From a bacterium (GTDB lineage Bacteria > SAR324 > NAC60-12), in contig CBDDTI010000408.1 of assembly GCA_965233585.1 (NCBI GenBank), forward strand, positions 1 through 64,000: a DNA stretch of 64,000 bases. Direction: 5' to 3'. The translations under genes and the position numbers were made by a program. This document shows, piece by piece, positions 9,711 through 19,973 of this stretch (position 1 is its first letter; each line of letters starts with the position of its first letter). The notes beneath the pieces were generated by a model. The model was not told the DNA's origin. It was given only the letters and a program-made list of their open reading frames with translations, and did no database searches.

Positions 9711-12700
9711 ATGTCACAGCCAGTAAGCGGTATCTTCTCTCAAAAAGACACAAAGGATCTAATCAGTTCCTGCCGAACTATCTCTTCTTCTTTACCCAAA
9801 CTTCTTCCTGTTCGACTCAATGGACGAACAGTTATGGCTCTTGTCGATAGCGGCAACAGTTTCTGCAACGCTTTATCATTGTCAGTGGCTAAGAAGATCC
9901 CGATTACGGATTATCAGCCATACACTGGTTCTCCAGTAGGCACCGCTTCCGTCGGTTCTAGCATTAATATAGTGGGAATTGTTCCCTCTATTAACTTTTA
10001 CATTCCTGACGACACCGGGAAGGAACATGTGTTACCATCCCGACTTGTCCTCGTCAAACATCTCTCTTGCGGCCTCAACATTTCATTACCTTTCTTGGTT
10101 GAACATGGCCTAGATTTAATTTTATCTCAAGGAATTCTCTCAAAGAGTCCAGAGAATCTTCGTTTTCCGTTGTATCGGAACATCAATCATGCTCGCCGAC
10201 GTCTCAAGAAGCAAATCGACGCAGTCCCCCAGATTAATGTTGTCACCATTGGCGACCGATCTACCACCGCCTACAGCAAGATGCGCCAAACTATTCCACC
10301 CAGAACTGGGAAACTTATTCCGGTTCGCGTAGAAGAAACCGAAGTACAAGATCCAACAGATTCTGTTTTTAATTTTAAAGATTCTTTTATCCGCAAAATA
10401 AATAGTCTTCATCCTGATCAGGATGACATCTATTTCGGTCTGAATTCTTTAGAACAAATCACTTCTATCTCCGACACAAACGAGGTCGAAGTATACTTTT
10501 TCAATGAATCTCCGCATTCCGTGACTATTAGCAGTAACTGTGATATTGGCACTATTCTGATTCCAGAACATCACCGCTCTGTCATAAATATGACTAAAGT
10601 TATGACCATTACAGAGAAACCTTCAAAACCGTCCGATTGGATGAGCAATATTCCTTCCAGTAAACTAACTCCCGCATCACATGAGAAGCGACGCGAACAC
10701 ATTCGACAAGTGTTGAACTTTCGCGATAATCCTATCCTACAGAAGAACCCTCGCACCTCTGGACAAATAATTGATTTGATTATGAGTTTTTGGGATGTCT
10801 TCTATAGAGAAGGAAATTGCGGTGGAACTGATGTCATTGAGCATCCCGTTTACACTCCCAAAGGACTTCCACCTATTCGCTTGAAGAACCGTCCGATCAA
10901 CCCTGGTTTGACGGAGTCTCTTAAAGAACAGATAGCCGTATGGCTAAAAGATGGTGTTATTCGTTCCGGAGGAGTCTCTCCCTGGAATTTTCCTCTTCTC
11001 CCAGTTCGAAAAAAGAATGGAAAATGGAGATGGGTAGTTGATTTTCGAGCTCTTAATTCTGTCACTCGAAAAGACTCCTTTCCTATCCCAAACATCATCG
11101 AGCTTTTAAGCTATCTTCGGAAAAGCAAAATTTTCACTTCTCTGGATCTTGCCCAAGCTTTTCACTCCATTCCCGTCCGCGAAGTTGACCGCGAAAAGCT
11201 TTCTTTTTGTGCTCTAGATAAGTTTTATCAATTTTGTCGAATGCCCTTCGGGCTAACCAGTGCTCCTAACACTTGGGCACGACTGGTCACTCAGGTGTTA
11301 CATGAGATTCCGAAATCTCAGCTCATCGTCTTTTTTGACGATCTTCTTATTCACTCTCCTGACCTAACTACACATGTTGATACCCTTAAACAGGTTTTTG
11401 TCCTGTTACAAAAGGCTGGGTTAAGGCTCAATATGGAAAAGACCGATTGGGTCAAAACGGAAGTGAAATTCCTTGGACACCTAATCTCCGACCAGGGGGT
11501 ATCCGTTCCTCCCGAATTTTCTCAGATCATCAAGGATTGGCCATTGCCCAAGACTTTGAAGGATCTCAGAGCCTTTCTCGGAAAGTGTAACTATTACCGA
11601 AGTCACTTCCAAAATTTTGCGATTATTGCTTCACCCTTAATGGCCCATCTCAAAGGTGCCAGTGAAAGTTCACGCAAGTTGGACCTGGAAAAAGATCCTA
11701 AAGCAATTGCTTCCTTCGAGTCTTTAAAACAATTGCTCATGTCTCCGCAGTTGTTGGCCTATCCTGACTTTGATAGCTCCGAACCTTTCATAGTTGATAC
11801 TGATTATTCTCACGAAGGGTTAGGTACAGTCCTCTCGCAGATCCAAGATGGGATAGAAAGACCCATTTCATTTAACGCTCGCAGACTGAAACCAAGCGAA
11901 TCCCAGTACGCTTCCCATAAGGGAGAATTACTTGCTCTGATCTTCGCTATAGATACCTACAAATTCTTCCTGACTGGTAGAAAGTTCCTTGTCCGTACTG
12001 ATAACTCTGCCTTATCTTGGCTGAAAACTCAAAAAGATCCTAAGGGTATCTTGATGAGGTGGTTGAGAATCATCAGCAGTTATGATTTCGACATCCAACA
12101 TCGAGCCGGTACCAAGCATGGTAACGCGGATTCTTTGTCTCGAACCTCTCATGCTCCTTTCCTCTCTGAAAAGGAAGCTCAAGAGATCCTGGCCGATGAT
12201 CAGATCCTCTTGCTAGGAGAAGCTCCTGAAGATGATGGCCAAGAATCTGAAGACGAGGATTCTCTCAGCGAATCCGACGACACTGATCCTCGCATTCCAC
12301 ACCAAACCGAATTTCCGGTTCCCCAAGGTCCCTATGAGGACGATATCATTGAGAAACAACAGACTGATATCACCTTATCCAAGATCTCCGCCTGGGTCAG
12401 ACAACAGCACAAACCTACCTCACAAGAGTACAAGCTACTCAACCCAGATGAAAAGTTTTATGTTGATTGCTTCGAGTATCTGGAAATCCTGCCTTCCGGC
12501 CTCCTCGTTCGAAATCCCATTCCTTTCACCAATGAAAAGGATGTTCGGATTCCTCTTCCTGAGAAACTCTGGAATAAGGTTCTCGCTTCCTTCCATGGCA
12601 AAAATCATGCCGGTGGAAATTCTCTGGCTGATTGTGTACAGCTAAAGTACATATTCCCCCGTCTAGTTAGCTTTTGCCGGGAATATGTATTCAAATGTCC

Positions 12701-14147
12701 TCGCTGTCAGAAGCTATCCAACAAAAAAGCTCAACGCCATACGTATGGTTATGACCTTGTTGGAAGTCCTGGAGAGAAGATTTGTCTCGATTTTGTCGGA
12801 CCTCTCAAACCAACAAAGAAAGGACATACTTCTCTGCTCACCGCCGTTGACGTTTACACTCGCTGGTTCACCGCCTGGCCAGTTAAGAATCAGAAGGCTG
12901 AGACTGTCATCAAATTCCTAGTTAGGGATTACTTTCCAGACCGTGGCGTTCCTTCAGTAGTTCACTCTGACAATGGACCTGCCTTTATTGCACATGTTTT
13001 TCAAGTGGCCATGGCAGCCTTTGATGTTCGAACTACCACTACGCCGGTTTACAATCCCAAGAGCAACACTGTTGAGCGATTTCATCGCAGCATGAAGCGC
13101 AAACTTACTGCTCTGATCCATGAATTCGACGACGAATGGGACGAAGCTCTACCTGCTACACTCTTAGCAATGAGAACTTCAGTCAACCGCACCACTGGTT
13201 TCACTCCGTTCTACCTTGAACATGGTAGAGAAGCCAGATTACCTGTCGACATGATCGCTGGACCTCCGCCTGTTCAACCCGAACATCTTGACAAGTACAC
13301 AGATAAGATTCGGAATCAATTCGCGAAAGCTTTTTCTGTTGTAACTGAACGTCAGAATTCTTACATAATGCGCCAAAAGGAGCTGTATCGAGAAAGGCAA
13401 CACAAGATCAACATTGATGACCTTGTGTGGCTCTTCACCGACCGAGCCAACCCTAGCCTCAACCGAAAATTCCAATCCTTTTGGTCTGGACCTTACAGAG
13501 TTGTTAAACAGCTTTCCAACACTATTTTCGAGATCGAGTCCTACGGAAGGTGGACTAAGAGTAAGATCGTCACTTCCGCAGCTGTCGATAGACTCAAGAA
13601 GTGCTACGTCACCGATCCTGACACCAACTTGGGCGTACCAGTAGAGTTGACTGCCACAGACGTTCGTCCTTACTTCGAAGACCAAGAGCTGTTAGGAAGG
13701 CTACCTGCCTCTGACTTCGCTCCACATGTCTTTGACAAGGAACAAGAACTTCCAATGACGTTACCATCACCCTCTCCTAGGGATGATGTCCCTATCACTC
13801 CCCTTGCTGACGGACAGTCTTTTGACCCTCCGGTTTCTGTACCTGTCCCGCAAGATCCTGAACCCGCTGTTACTGTTCCGGTAACCGCAGAACCACTTCC
13901 GGAAGCTCCTCCCGAAGTCACAGTTGTACCTAAAGCTGAACCCCAAACAGAGCCAGCATCTCGTAGAGGTCGAGGACGACCTCCGGGCAGAAAGAATAAG
14001 CCCAGACCTTGTCCTAACTGCACGCCCAATCTTCCATGCGTTACTCACTGCACACAATGCAAAACCGGTTCCGCATGTGAACAGCACACTGCAAGACAAA
14101 GATGTGCTAAGTGTACTCGTACTCGGACATGTCCTGCTCACTCATAA
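9711..14147 (+). CDS. pol: Pol polyprotein (protease, reverse transcriptase, RNase H, integrase with GPY/F and unusual C-terminal tail)
   Basis: PR ALVDSGN. Ty3/gypsy RT motifs SPWNFPLLPVRKKNGKWRWVVDFRALN, LDLAQAFHSI, RMPFGL, FFDDLLI. RNase H DTDYS..ELLAL..RTDNSAL. IN HHCC plus D(LDFVGP)-D(HSDNG)-E(VERFH). WSGPY. Confidence 0.97.
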   Translation: MSQPVSGIFSQKDTKDLISSCRTISSSLPKLLPVRLNGRTVMALVDSGNSFCNALSLSVAKKIPITDYQPYTGSPVGTASVGSSINIVGIVPSINFYIPDDTGKEHVLPSRLVLVKHLSCGLNISLPFLVEHGLDLILSQGILSKSPENLRFPLYRNINHARRRLKKQIDAVPQINVVTIGDRSTTAYSKMRQTIPPRTGKLIPVRVEETEVQDPTDSVFNFKDSFIRKINSLHPDQDDIYFGLNSLEQITSISDTNEVEVYFFNESPHSVTISSNCDIGTILIPEHHRSVINMTKVMTITEKPSKPSDWMSNIPSSKLTPASHEKRREHIRQVLNFRDNPILQKNPRTSGQIIDLIMSFWDVFYREGNCGGTDVIEHPVYTPKGLPPIRLKNRPINPGLTESLKEQIAVWLKDGVIRSGGVSPWNFPLLPVRKKNGKWRWVVDFRALNSVTRKDSFPIPNIIELLSYLRKSKIFTSLDLAQAFHSIPVREVDREKLSFCALDKFYQFCRMPFGLTSAPNTWARLVTQVLHEIPKSQLIVFFDDLLIHSPDLTTHVDTLKQVFVLLQKAGLRLNMEKTDWVKTEVKFLGHLISDQGVSVPPEFSQIIKDWPLPKTLKDLRAFLGKCNYYRSHFQNFAIIASPLMAHLKGASESSRKLDLEKDPKAIASFESLKQLLMSPQLLAYPDFDSSEPFIVDTDYSHEGLGTVLSQIQDGIERPISFNARRLKPSESQYASHKGELLALIFAIDTYKFFLTGRKFLVRTDNSALSWLKTQKDPKGILMRWLRIISSYDFDIQHRAGTKHGNADSLSRTSHAPFLSEKEAQEILADDQILLLGEAPEDDGQESEDEDSLSESDDTDPRIPHQTEFPVPQGPYEDDIIEKQQTDITLSKISAWVRQQHKPTSQEYKLLNPDEKFYVDCFEYLEILPSGLLVRNPIPFTNEKDVRIPLPEKLWNKVLASFHGKNHAGGNSLADCVQLKYIFPRLVSFCREYVFKCPRCQKLSNKKAQRHTYGYDLVGSPGEKICLDFVGPLKPTKKGHTSLLTAVDVYTRWFTAWPVKNQKAETVIKFLVRDYFPDRGVPSVVHSDNGPAFIAHVFQVAMAAFDVRTTTTPVYNPKSNTVERFHRSMKRKLTALIHEFDDEWDEALPATLLAMRTSVNRTTGFTPFYLEHGREARLPVDMIAGPPPVQPEHLDKYTDKIRNQFAKAFSVVTERQNSYIMRQKELYRERQHKINIDDLVWLFTDRANPSLNRKFQSFWSGPYRVVKQLSNTIFEIESYGRWTKSKIVTSAAVDRLKKCYVTDPDTNLGVPVELTATDVRPYFEDQELLGRLPASDFAPHVFDKEQELPMTLPSPSPRDDVPITPLADGQSFDPPVSVPVPQDPEPAVTVPVTAEPLPEAPPEVTVVPKAEPQTEPASRRGRGRPPGRKNKPRPCPNCTPNLPCVTHCTQCKTGSACEQHTARQRCAKCTRTRTCPAHS

Positions 14148-14209
14148 GCAGATATAAGAGGCCCATCGAGGGGAGGCCTCATTCAGTCCATCCCTCGCTC
14201 TCAATTAAC

Positions 14210-17200
14210 ATGAAGATTTCTCTTCTTTGGTTGTCCTTCATTGCCATTATCTTGGGCGAGAAACAGCCTATTTACATTCCTTATGACTACTACGATTTGT
14301 GGCTAGTAGTTGGGAGTAATTCAACAGGCCGACTCTTCTTCAATCCGATTCCGGATTCACGACGGATCTTTATCTGGAAGCCGAACAATGCCTCAATACC
14401 TCCGACGCTCTTCTTTGAAGACTATCCGGAGATTTTACAAGACGATCTTTCGACAACTTCCTCAGAAATTTTTGAGGGAACTGTTTCATCGAGTGTTCCT
14501 AACACTTCTCCAACAACTCTTGAGGAGACTGAGGAAACACTTTCCCCGACACATCCTTCCGGATACTTTTCAACTGACACTGTTGCAACAGCAGCCTTAG
14601 AACGTCCTCCACCTGGGAAGCACAAGAATGCTACCAATAACGTACCAGGTATGAGTTTATTGCAGCTACATAGTTCTTTGCAACTTGCAGAAATGATGAA
14701 AACGTTGAGTCCTCAGCCAGCGACTCCTAACCTTCCTGTTCCACCTCAAAGGAACGAAACCTTTACCACTCGTCCTCCTAGCACTGCCAAAATTGTCGAT
14801 GCTAAAGACGAAATAGATTTGACGAGGGAAGGATCCCGTCTCTACCAGCTTCGGAAAGAGAAGACGCGATTGAAGAGACAAATCTCACCTGATGCTGCCA
14901 CTGAGCTAAACCTCAATGATGCCCAGCTGAACAGTTTGCAAGCTCAAGTCAATCGGCGATTCCTTACGGGATACGATTGCGCCAATCCTCAGGAAGTCAA
15001 ACCCATCAGTTCATTCATTCAAGATCCTTGTGAACCGATTGGAGCTAATGACCAAGACAACTACGAGATTGGCGATAAAGCGCAGTATCAAATCGTCCAA
15101 TACGAAACTCGAAGAGAGTTTAAAGGAACTCGCTGTGAACTTCGTATGTCCAGATTCACGTATTATTGTGGAAATGCTGATCACGCAAGTCCATATCCCC
15201 AAGAGACCTATTACAAGAAACCCAAGACTCTTCGTTGGGAACAATGCCGAGATCTGGCCACCCTTGGTCAGTACATCGCTGGAGACGACAAGACGTACAC
15301 TGTCGCTCGCAACACCCGAACCGAAGTCCCTTATTTTGCCTATGGGTCAGCTACAGCCTACACGGGATTCCAGGGTGCTCAAATTTCCTGCACTGGAAAT
15401 ACTATGCTGATCGATGGAAAAGAGATCCATCATATGGTCATGTACATCACCGAAGAAATCCTGTACAGGGACGAAACTTTCGTTACCCGCGATAACGAGG
15501 ATACTGTTGTCGCTCATTACGACAATGTCCGCCTCACTTGTCCCATCGAGGAACAACAATGCGTTGGTAACGATGTCACCTACGTCTGGCGAGTCCCATT
15601 AAAGGAACATTGTCCTTTATACCACATTCGATTCTTCGAAGGTCAAATGATTAAGCATCAAGTAGATGGACTCACTGTCCAGACTAATAAGATTGTAATA
15701 TCCACTGATCAGTCTAATGTTCGTTTTGTTGTTAAAGGAAAAAAGGAAGAATGCGACCAAACGTTCCTTACCACCAACTATCCGGATGTCATGATCAGAG
15801 ATACGATGCTTAACGGCGCTGTCGACCGCAATCTTGTGAAACGACCGATGCCTAAGGACGAGTTGCAACTGAGCAACTTCATCACCAATCGTGACGATTT
15901 CGTCTATCATGCCATCAACCGGAAGATGAAACAAGAATTCTTTTCCGTACTCCGAGACGATTGTAGAGAAACTCTCCGCAAAATCAAGACCGAACACTTT
16001 TTGGAACGACAACTTCCAGGTCTTCATACCTACCGACTTGGTGGATCTAACTACCTTACCGCTGCTGGAGAAGTAGCTTACTTTTATAAGTGCCAACCTC
16101 GCCTTGTCGCAGCCATCCGAGCCGACACTTGCTACGATGCGTTACCGGTCGAAATTGCCAGTCAGAATGACACTCTGACTACCTACTTTCAAGCCGACGG
16201 TCATGAAGCCATCGTACCTCGGTTCTACATTGAGCCTTTAACTCATAGGCTAACTTCTGTAGCCAAAAAGGTCCCTTGTTTGTCGAAATTCTTCGCCCGT
16301 TATCAAGACCTTTTCGGCCAATGGTTCGCTGTCACTCCCAGCATTTCACCAACTGAACCACCAGGCAAACTTGATCTTGAAGCCCTCATAAAAAAGGCTA
16401 CTTTTGATGATTCTTCAGATGTCGACTTGTCCCGAGGAGGGATCTACGAGCCTGAAGCTGTCGATGATCTCATCACCTGGCTAGAAGGAAACAGACGCCA
16501 GGAGGTTATCATGCATCAAATCACCAAACAAGTTGGTGATCTCAGTCCCGGTCAGTACATTACTCCACGGTTAATGTTTCCGCCGCACACATTGCCCGGT
16601 GGATCTTGGCACACCTTTATATTGGGAAAGTTATGGGGTGCTATTCGGGGATTGGGTGAAATCTTCTCTTCTATTTTTGGCCTCTTGATAGTTGGCCGCC
16701 TTGTTTGGTATCTGATAAAGGTTCTGATGAACTGCAGTTATATCCATAGCGTGCACGGTTGTTCAGCCCAGCTCGCTTGGTCTTTTTGTACCGAAGTCTT
16801 TTTCACTAGACTATACAGAAGAGAACAAAAGTCGTCTGCGGAAAGATCCGACAATGACCCTACTTCCAAACCAAAGTTTCCCGTACGAAATCGTATATTC
16901 AACTTTGGCAATATTTTCTCAAAGAATGTCAGCGACACTGACAGAACGGAAACTCCAAGCACCGGAATCCCTGTTCCGATGAATCCTCTTCGACGCAGTC
17001 ACTCCGTTTCTCATCTGAGAAAAGACACTGTATCGACTTGTCCGAACCGTCTGCAGTCCCAGCTCGACAGAGCTTTCGCTGCTTTTCAGCCATGTCCTCC
17101 GGGAATGCCTAGATCTCCCTTCCCTCCGGACTATGTAAACGACCAAAGGGTCGGATCTCCCTTAGACGGAACTAGAGCAACACCATCCGCTCCTGTGGAT

Positions 17201-17383
17201 GTAAATGAAATTTCCCGAGCCGTACCAGAACCACCTCCATTGCCAGAGCGAACTCGAACTCCCAATAGATTTGCTTTCACTCCGATTATAACTCCAGAAG
17301 CCAGAATTCCTCCTATTCCCAATAGGGATCCTGTTATTAATAGGACGCCAAGTGGCGATCCTCCTCCTCTCCCTGGTCGATAA
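14210..17383 (+). CDS. env: Envelope glycoprotein, chuvirus-like / class III (gB-like) fusion protein
   Basis: Signal peptide MKISLLWLSFIAIILG from ATG 14210, S/T/P mucin-like region and furin site RLKR. The ectodomain starts FLTGYDC..PC..YQIVQ..CELRMSRFTYYCG. The C-terminal TM is followed by NCSYIHSVHGCSAQLAW, matching the layout I recall for chuvirus glycoproteins. Long Pro-rich tail. Confidence 0.8.
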   Translation: MKISLLWLSFIAIILGEKQPIYIPYDYYDLWLVVGSNSTGRLFFNPIPDSRRIFIWKPNNASIPPTLFFEDYPEILQDDLSTTSSEIFEGTVSSSVPNTSPTTLEETEETLSPTHPSGYFSTDTVATAALERPPPGKHKNATNNVPGMSLLQLHSSLQLAEMMKTLSPQPATPNLPVPPQRNETFTTRPPSTAKIVDAKDEIDLTREGSRLYQLRKEKTRLKRQISPDAATELNLNDAQLNSLQAQVNRRFLTGYDCANPQEVKPISSFIQDPCEPIGANDQDNYEIGDKAQYQIVQYETRREFKGTRCELRMSRFTYYCGNADHASPYPQETYYKKPKTLRWEQCRDLATLGQYIAGDDKTYTVARNTRTEVPYFAYGSATAYTGFQGAQISCTGNTMLIDGKEIHHMVMYITEEILYRDETFVTRDNEDTVVAHYDNVRLTCPIEEQQCVGNDVTYVWRVPLKEHCPLYHIRFFEGQMIKHQVDGLTVQTNKIVISTDQSNVRFVVKGKKEECDQTFLTTNYPDVMIRDTMLNGAVDRNLVKRPMPKDELQLSNFITNRDDFVYHAINRKMKQEFFSVLRDDCRETLRKIKTEHFLERQLPGLHTYRLGGSNYLTAAGEVAYFYKCQPRLVAAIRADTCYDALPVEIASQNDTLTTYFQADGHEAIVPRFYIEPLTHRLTSVAKKVPCLSKFFARYQDLFGQWFAVTPSISPTEPPGKLDLEALIKKATFDDSSDVDLSRGGIYEPEAVDDLITWLEGNRRQEVIMHQITKQVGDLSPGQYITPRLMFPPHTLPGGSWHTFILGKLWGAIRGLGEIFSSIFGLLIVGRLVWYLIKVLMNCSYIHSVHGCSAQLAWSFCTEVFFTRLYRREQKSSAERSDNDPTSKPKFPVRNRIFNFGNIFSKNVSDTDRTETPSTGIPVPMNPLRRSHSVSHLRKDTVSTCPNRLQSQLDRAFAAFQPCPPGMPRSPFPPDYVNDQRVGSPLDGTRATPSAPVDVNEISRAVPEPPPLPERTRTPNRFAFTPIITPEARIPPIPNRDPVINRTPSGDPPPLPGR

Positions 17384-19590
17384 CGACTCCAGGAGACTTA
17401 TATATAAATTACAAAGGATCAAAATTGATCATAGTAATGTAAAATAAAAGCCTAATAAAATAATAATAATAATAATAATAATAATATCAACATCAAAAGC
17501 CAATCATCAACAATGATCGAAGTACTTTGAAGTCTGACGAACACGATCCGCTCTGAGTCTACCTGTAATCAACATAGGCAAAGCCCGGACCTGATCACCC
17601 GGCGGATCCTTCATCCAAGCTGTCACATGACCTTTCACGTGAAGAACATTTTCCGTTTACATGATTTCTTTCCTTCACCATTGACTGACTTTTCAATGGC
17701 CCAGTACCGAAGAAGACATTCACAAAGGGAAAATAAGCCCTATACTGGTTCAGTGCATGCACTGTGTTTCTCAACACTTCGTCAGCGTACAATATAGTTT
17801 CCCTCGAGAGTTCAAGTGGCCCCATTCCAGTTTCTGAAATTCAATGCACCACCCACGCTCAAGTAGACAAACTACAACGACTTCAAACGCGTACTCGCTT
17901 AGCATCTACAGCCTCTTCCTCAGCAGTTCTCTACAAACAAATTGCGCCGAAAGCCTTCACGATGCGACGCGACGCAACTTCGACGCTCACAAATACACCG
18001 TCCAAATTGTGCCTCACAAGTCAGTCCTCTGACTCCTTTCACATGGAACGGTCATCCGTAACATTCACAGGAAATCAGAACGATGACTCCCGTCACACGG
18101 AACGGTCTTCCGTGTAACCATCAATGATTGAAGGAAAAGTCTCAACTTAGCCTCGACATGAAGACAACTTCGACCACTCACAGCTTTTGCACTTCAACAA
18201 ACCTTGGGTTCTGACGTCTTAGGTGCTTTCCATATGCTTGGCACCAAAGATTTCAAGAATACATCTCCCAGGACTTCAAGACGTTCTTGACCAAGTCTCT
18301 GATCCGTCATCCTCGGCAAGACGTCTCACTTAAGCTCCTTGACCAAGTCTCTGACCCGTCATCCTTGGTTATAGCTCCTCATCACTGACTCAGCAGTTGT
18401 CCGAAGATTACTGTCCAATTAAAGGATTCCAAGCCGCGACATCTTCTTGCATCCTCTGGATTGGCAACCGCGAAGATTCTTGTTAGACCATCGGGATCGA
18501 CGGCCACTGAAGTCGGTCCTGCGTGTCGGTATCTTCCTTCATTTTTTGTCTCAATTCCAGCATGGATCCTGATATTGTGGCTCAAGTCCTTCATAACCTT
18601 TCACAAGTGGTTGTCTGGCCGCCCAGAAACCAAAATGCATCATCGTCCAAAGCTACGTCAGCACGAAATTCACAGTCCTGTTCCAATAGTCCTTCAAAGG
18701 TTTGAGGATAAGGCTATCGAACACCCGAAGTCAAAGTTACCATGTCCAGCTTCAAGTTTCGACCATTCCTCATCATCGTCCAAATCATTGGTCTCTGGTT
18801 CCTTCCAAGCCTCACACAATAGGTCAAGTACTGAACATTGAAGCAATTTGCCTCGCTGGCCCTGCCTCTTGAAATTCCTCAGGGAAAGAAGTTCTAGCTT
18901 CTCCGCACAATTGGGTATAAAGTCGTAGACTAGTACCTCCCTCAGCGGTAGTTGCTATTGCCATTGCTGTTGCTTCCTTTTTTGTTGCACCAATCGTCTC
19001 TGTTGTAACCGCAAATAGGGATCAAGAGATCAATCGAAGGATTCAAGCCATTGCAAATGTCAACCAGCCACCATCTCTGGTGTCTTCGTTAAGTTACTTG
19101 GGGTACTTCGCTAGAGTTCTCCCTTGCAAGCGCGAATTCAACATTTGCCGAAGCCTTCATCAGCACCAAACATGACAACGTAGAAGTCCGAAGTTAGAAC
19201 AATGATGTCAAACTTGCCTCCGAAATCACGCGCTACTCAGGGCTCATGTGCTCCTGGGCATCATTTAGAATAACTTCCACAAGACAAACTAAGAACCGTC
19301 CGACTTATCAGAAGATGAAAATTCACGCTCAGATTCAGTTTCCTGTTAGAATAACGCCTTGGTTCACCTCAAGACCTCAAGACTCAAGACACAATTGCGA
19401 AGAATCGTATTGATCTTGAGAAGTGCATAATGAGTATCCTAAATTTTTGTATATTTTGCCCTTAAGAAGAAACAATTCGGTATGTGAACAACAGCTTTTT
19501 TCAAAGCTCATGCCATAAGCAACGTCCTTAAGCTTCAAACACTCTTGGACGTTCCGTTTCTATTTCCTCAATTTTCTTCTTGGGGGTACA

Positions 19591-19973
19591 TGAAGGGTCC
19601 AGGTTAATTACTTAAATTTTATGTTCATAAAATCCACCCTTCTAAAAAGCAAGTTTTCCTTCTCGTTTTGTGCTTAACTACAGTGACGACCTAATTAACC
19701 CGACATGAACCGGTCTGGTTAAGAGTCAGTTCCAATTCTTGAGAATCGCTCACCCCTCACTCTGGTGTCACACGCTTAAGCACTTTTCAACTCCAGTCAA
19801 CGACGCCTTACTTGTTGCCTTTGTTGTCATGCTCACTTATCAATAAGATATGCTTTTGTGGGAACAAAACTCGTGACCACAAAACTCGTTTTACTTCGTA
19901 ATCAAAAGAAGTGAAATAAATTCAGATTAGATTTAGCATTCACTTGCGAAAGTCGTCCGTTATTTCTAAGCCT
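19591..19973 (+). repeat. 3' LTR (lacks its last 26 bp; fused directly to an F-env fragment)
   Basis: Starts with TG after the short G-run ttgggggtaca. Identity with the 5' LTR stops at ...tctaagcct (equivalent to 5875). Confidence 0.9.

Larger units (their letters stand above)
5502..19973 (+). mobile_element. Envelope-bearing Ty3/gypsy (Metaviridae-like) LTR retroelement, coding-intact, outer LTR ends trimmed
   Basis: Direct LTRs at 5502-5901 and 19591-19973; I see only one 1-nt indel over the shared ~374 bp. PBS and PPT are present, with three long intact ORFs: gag-like, pol (PR-RT-RH-IN) and env. Confidence 0.95.

Noticed and set aside
14111..14209. Upstream start of env given by the ORF track
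   Set aside because: It is a GTG start inside pol; ATG 14210 begins a clear signal peptide.
6439..17422. Short antisense and alternate-frame ORFs inside gag, pol and env (likewise within 26-30 kb)
   Set aside because: They are expected shadows of long coding sequences, with no independent motifs.
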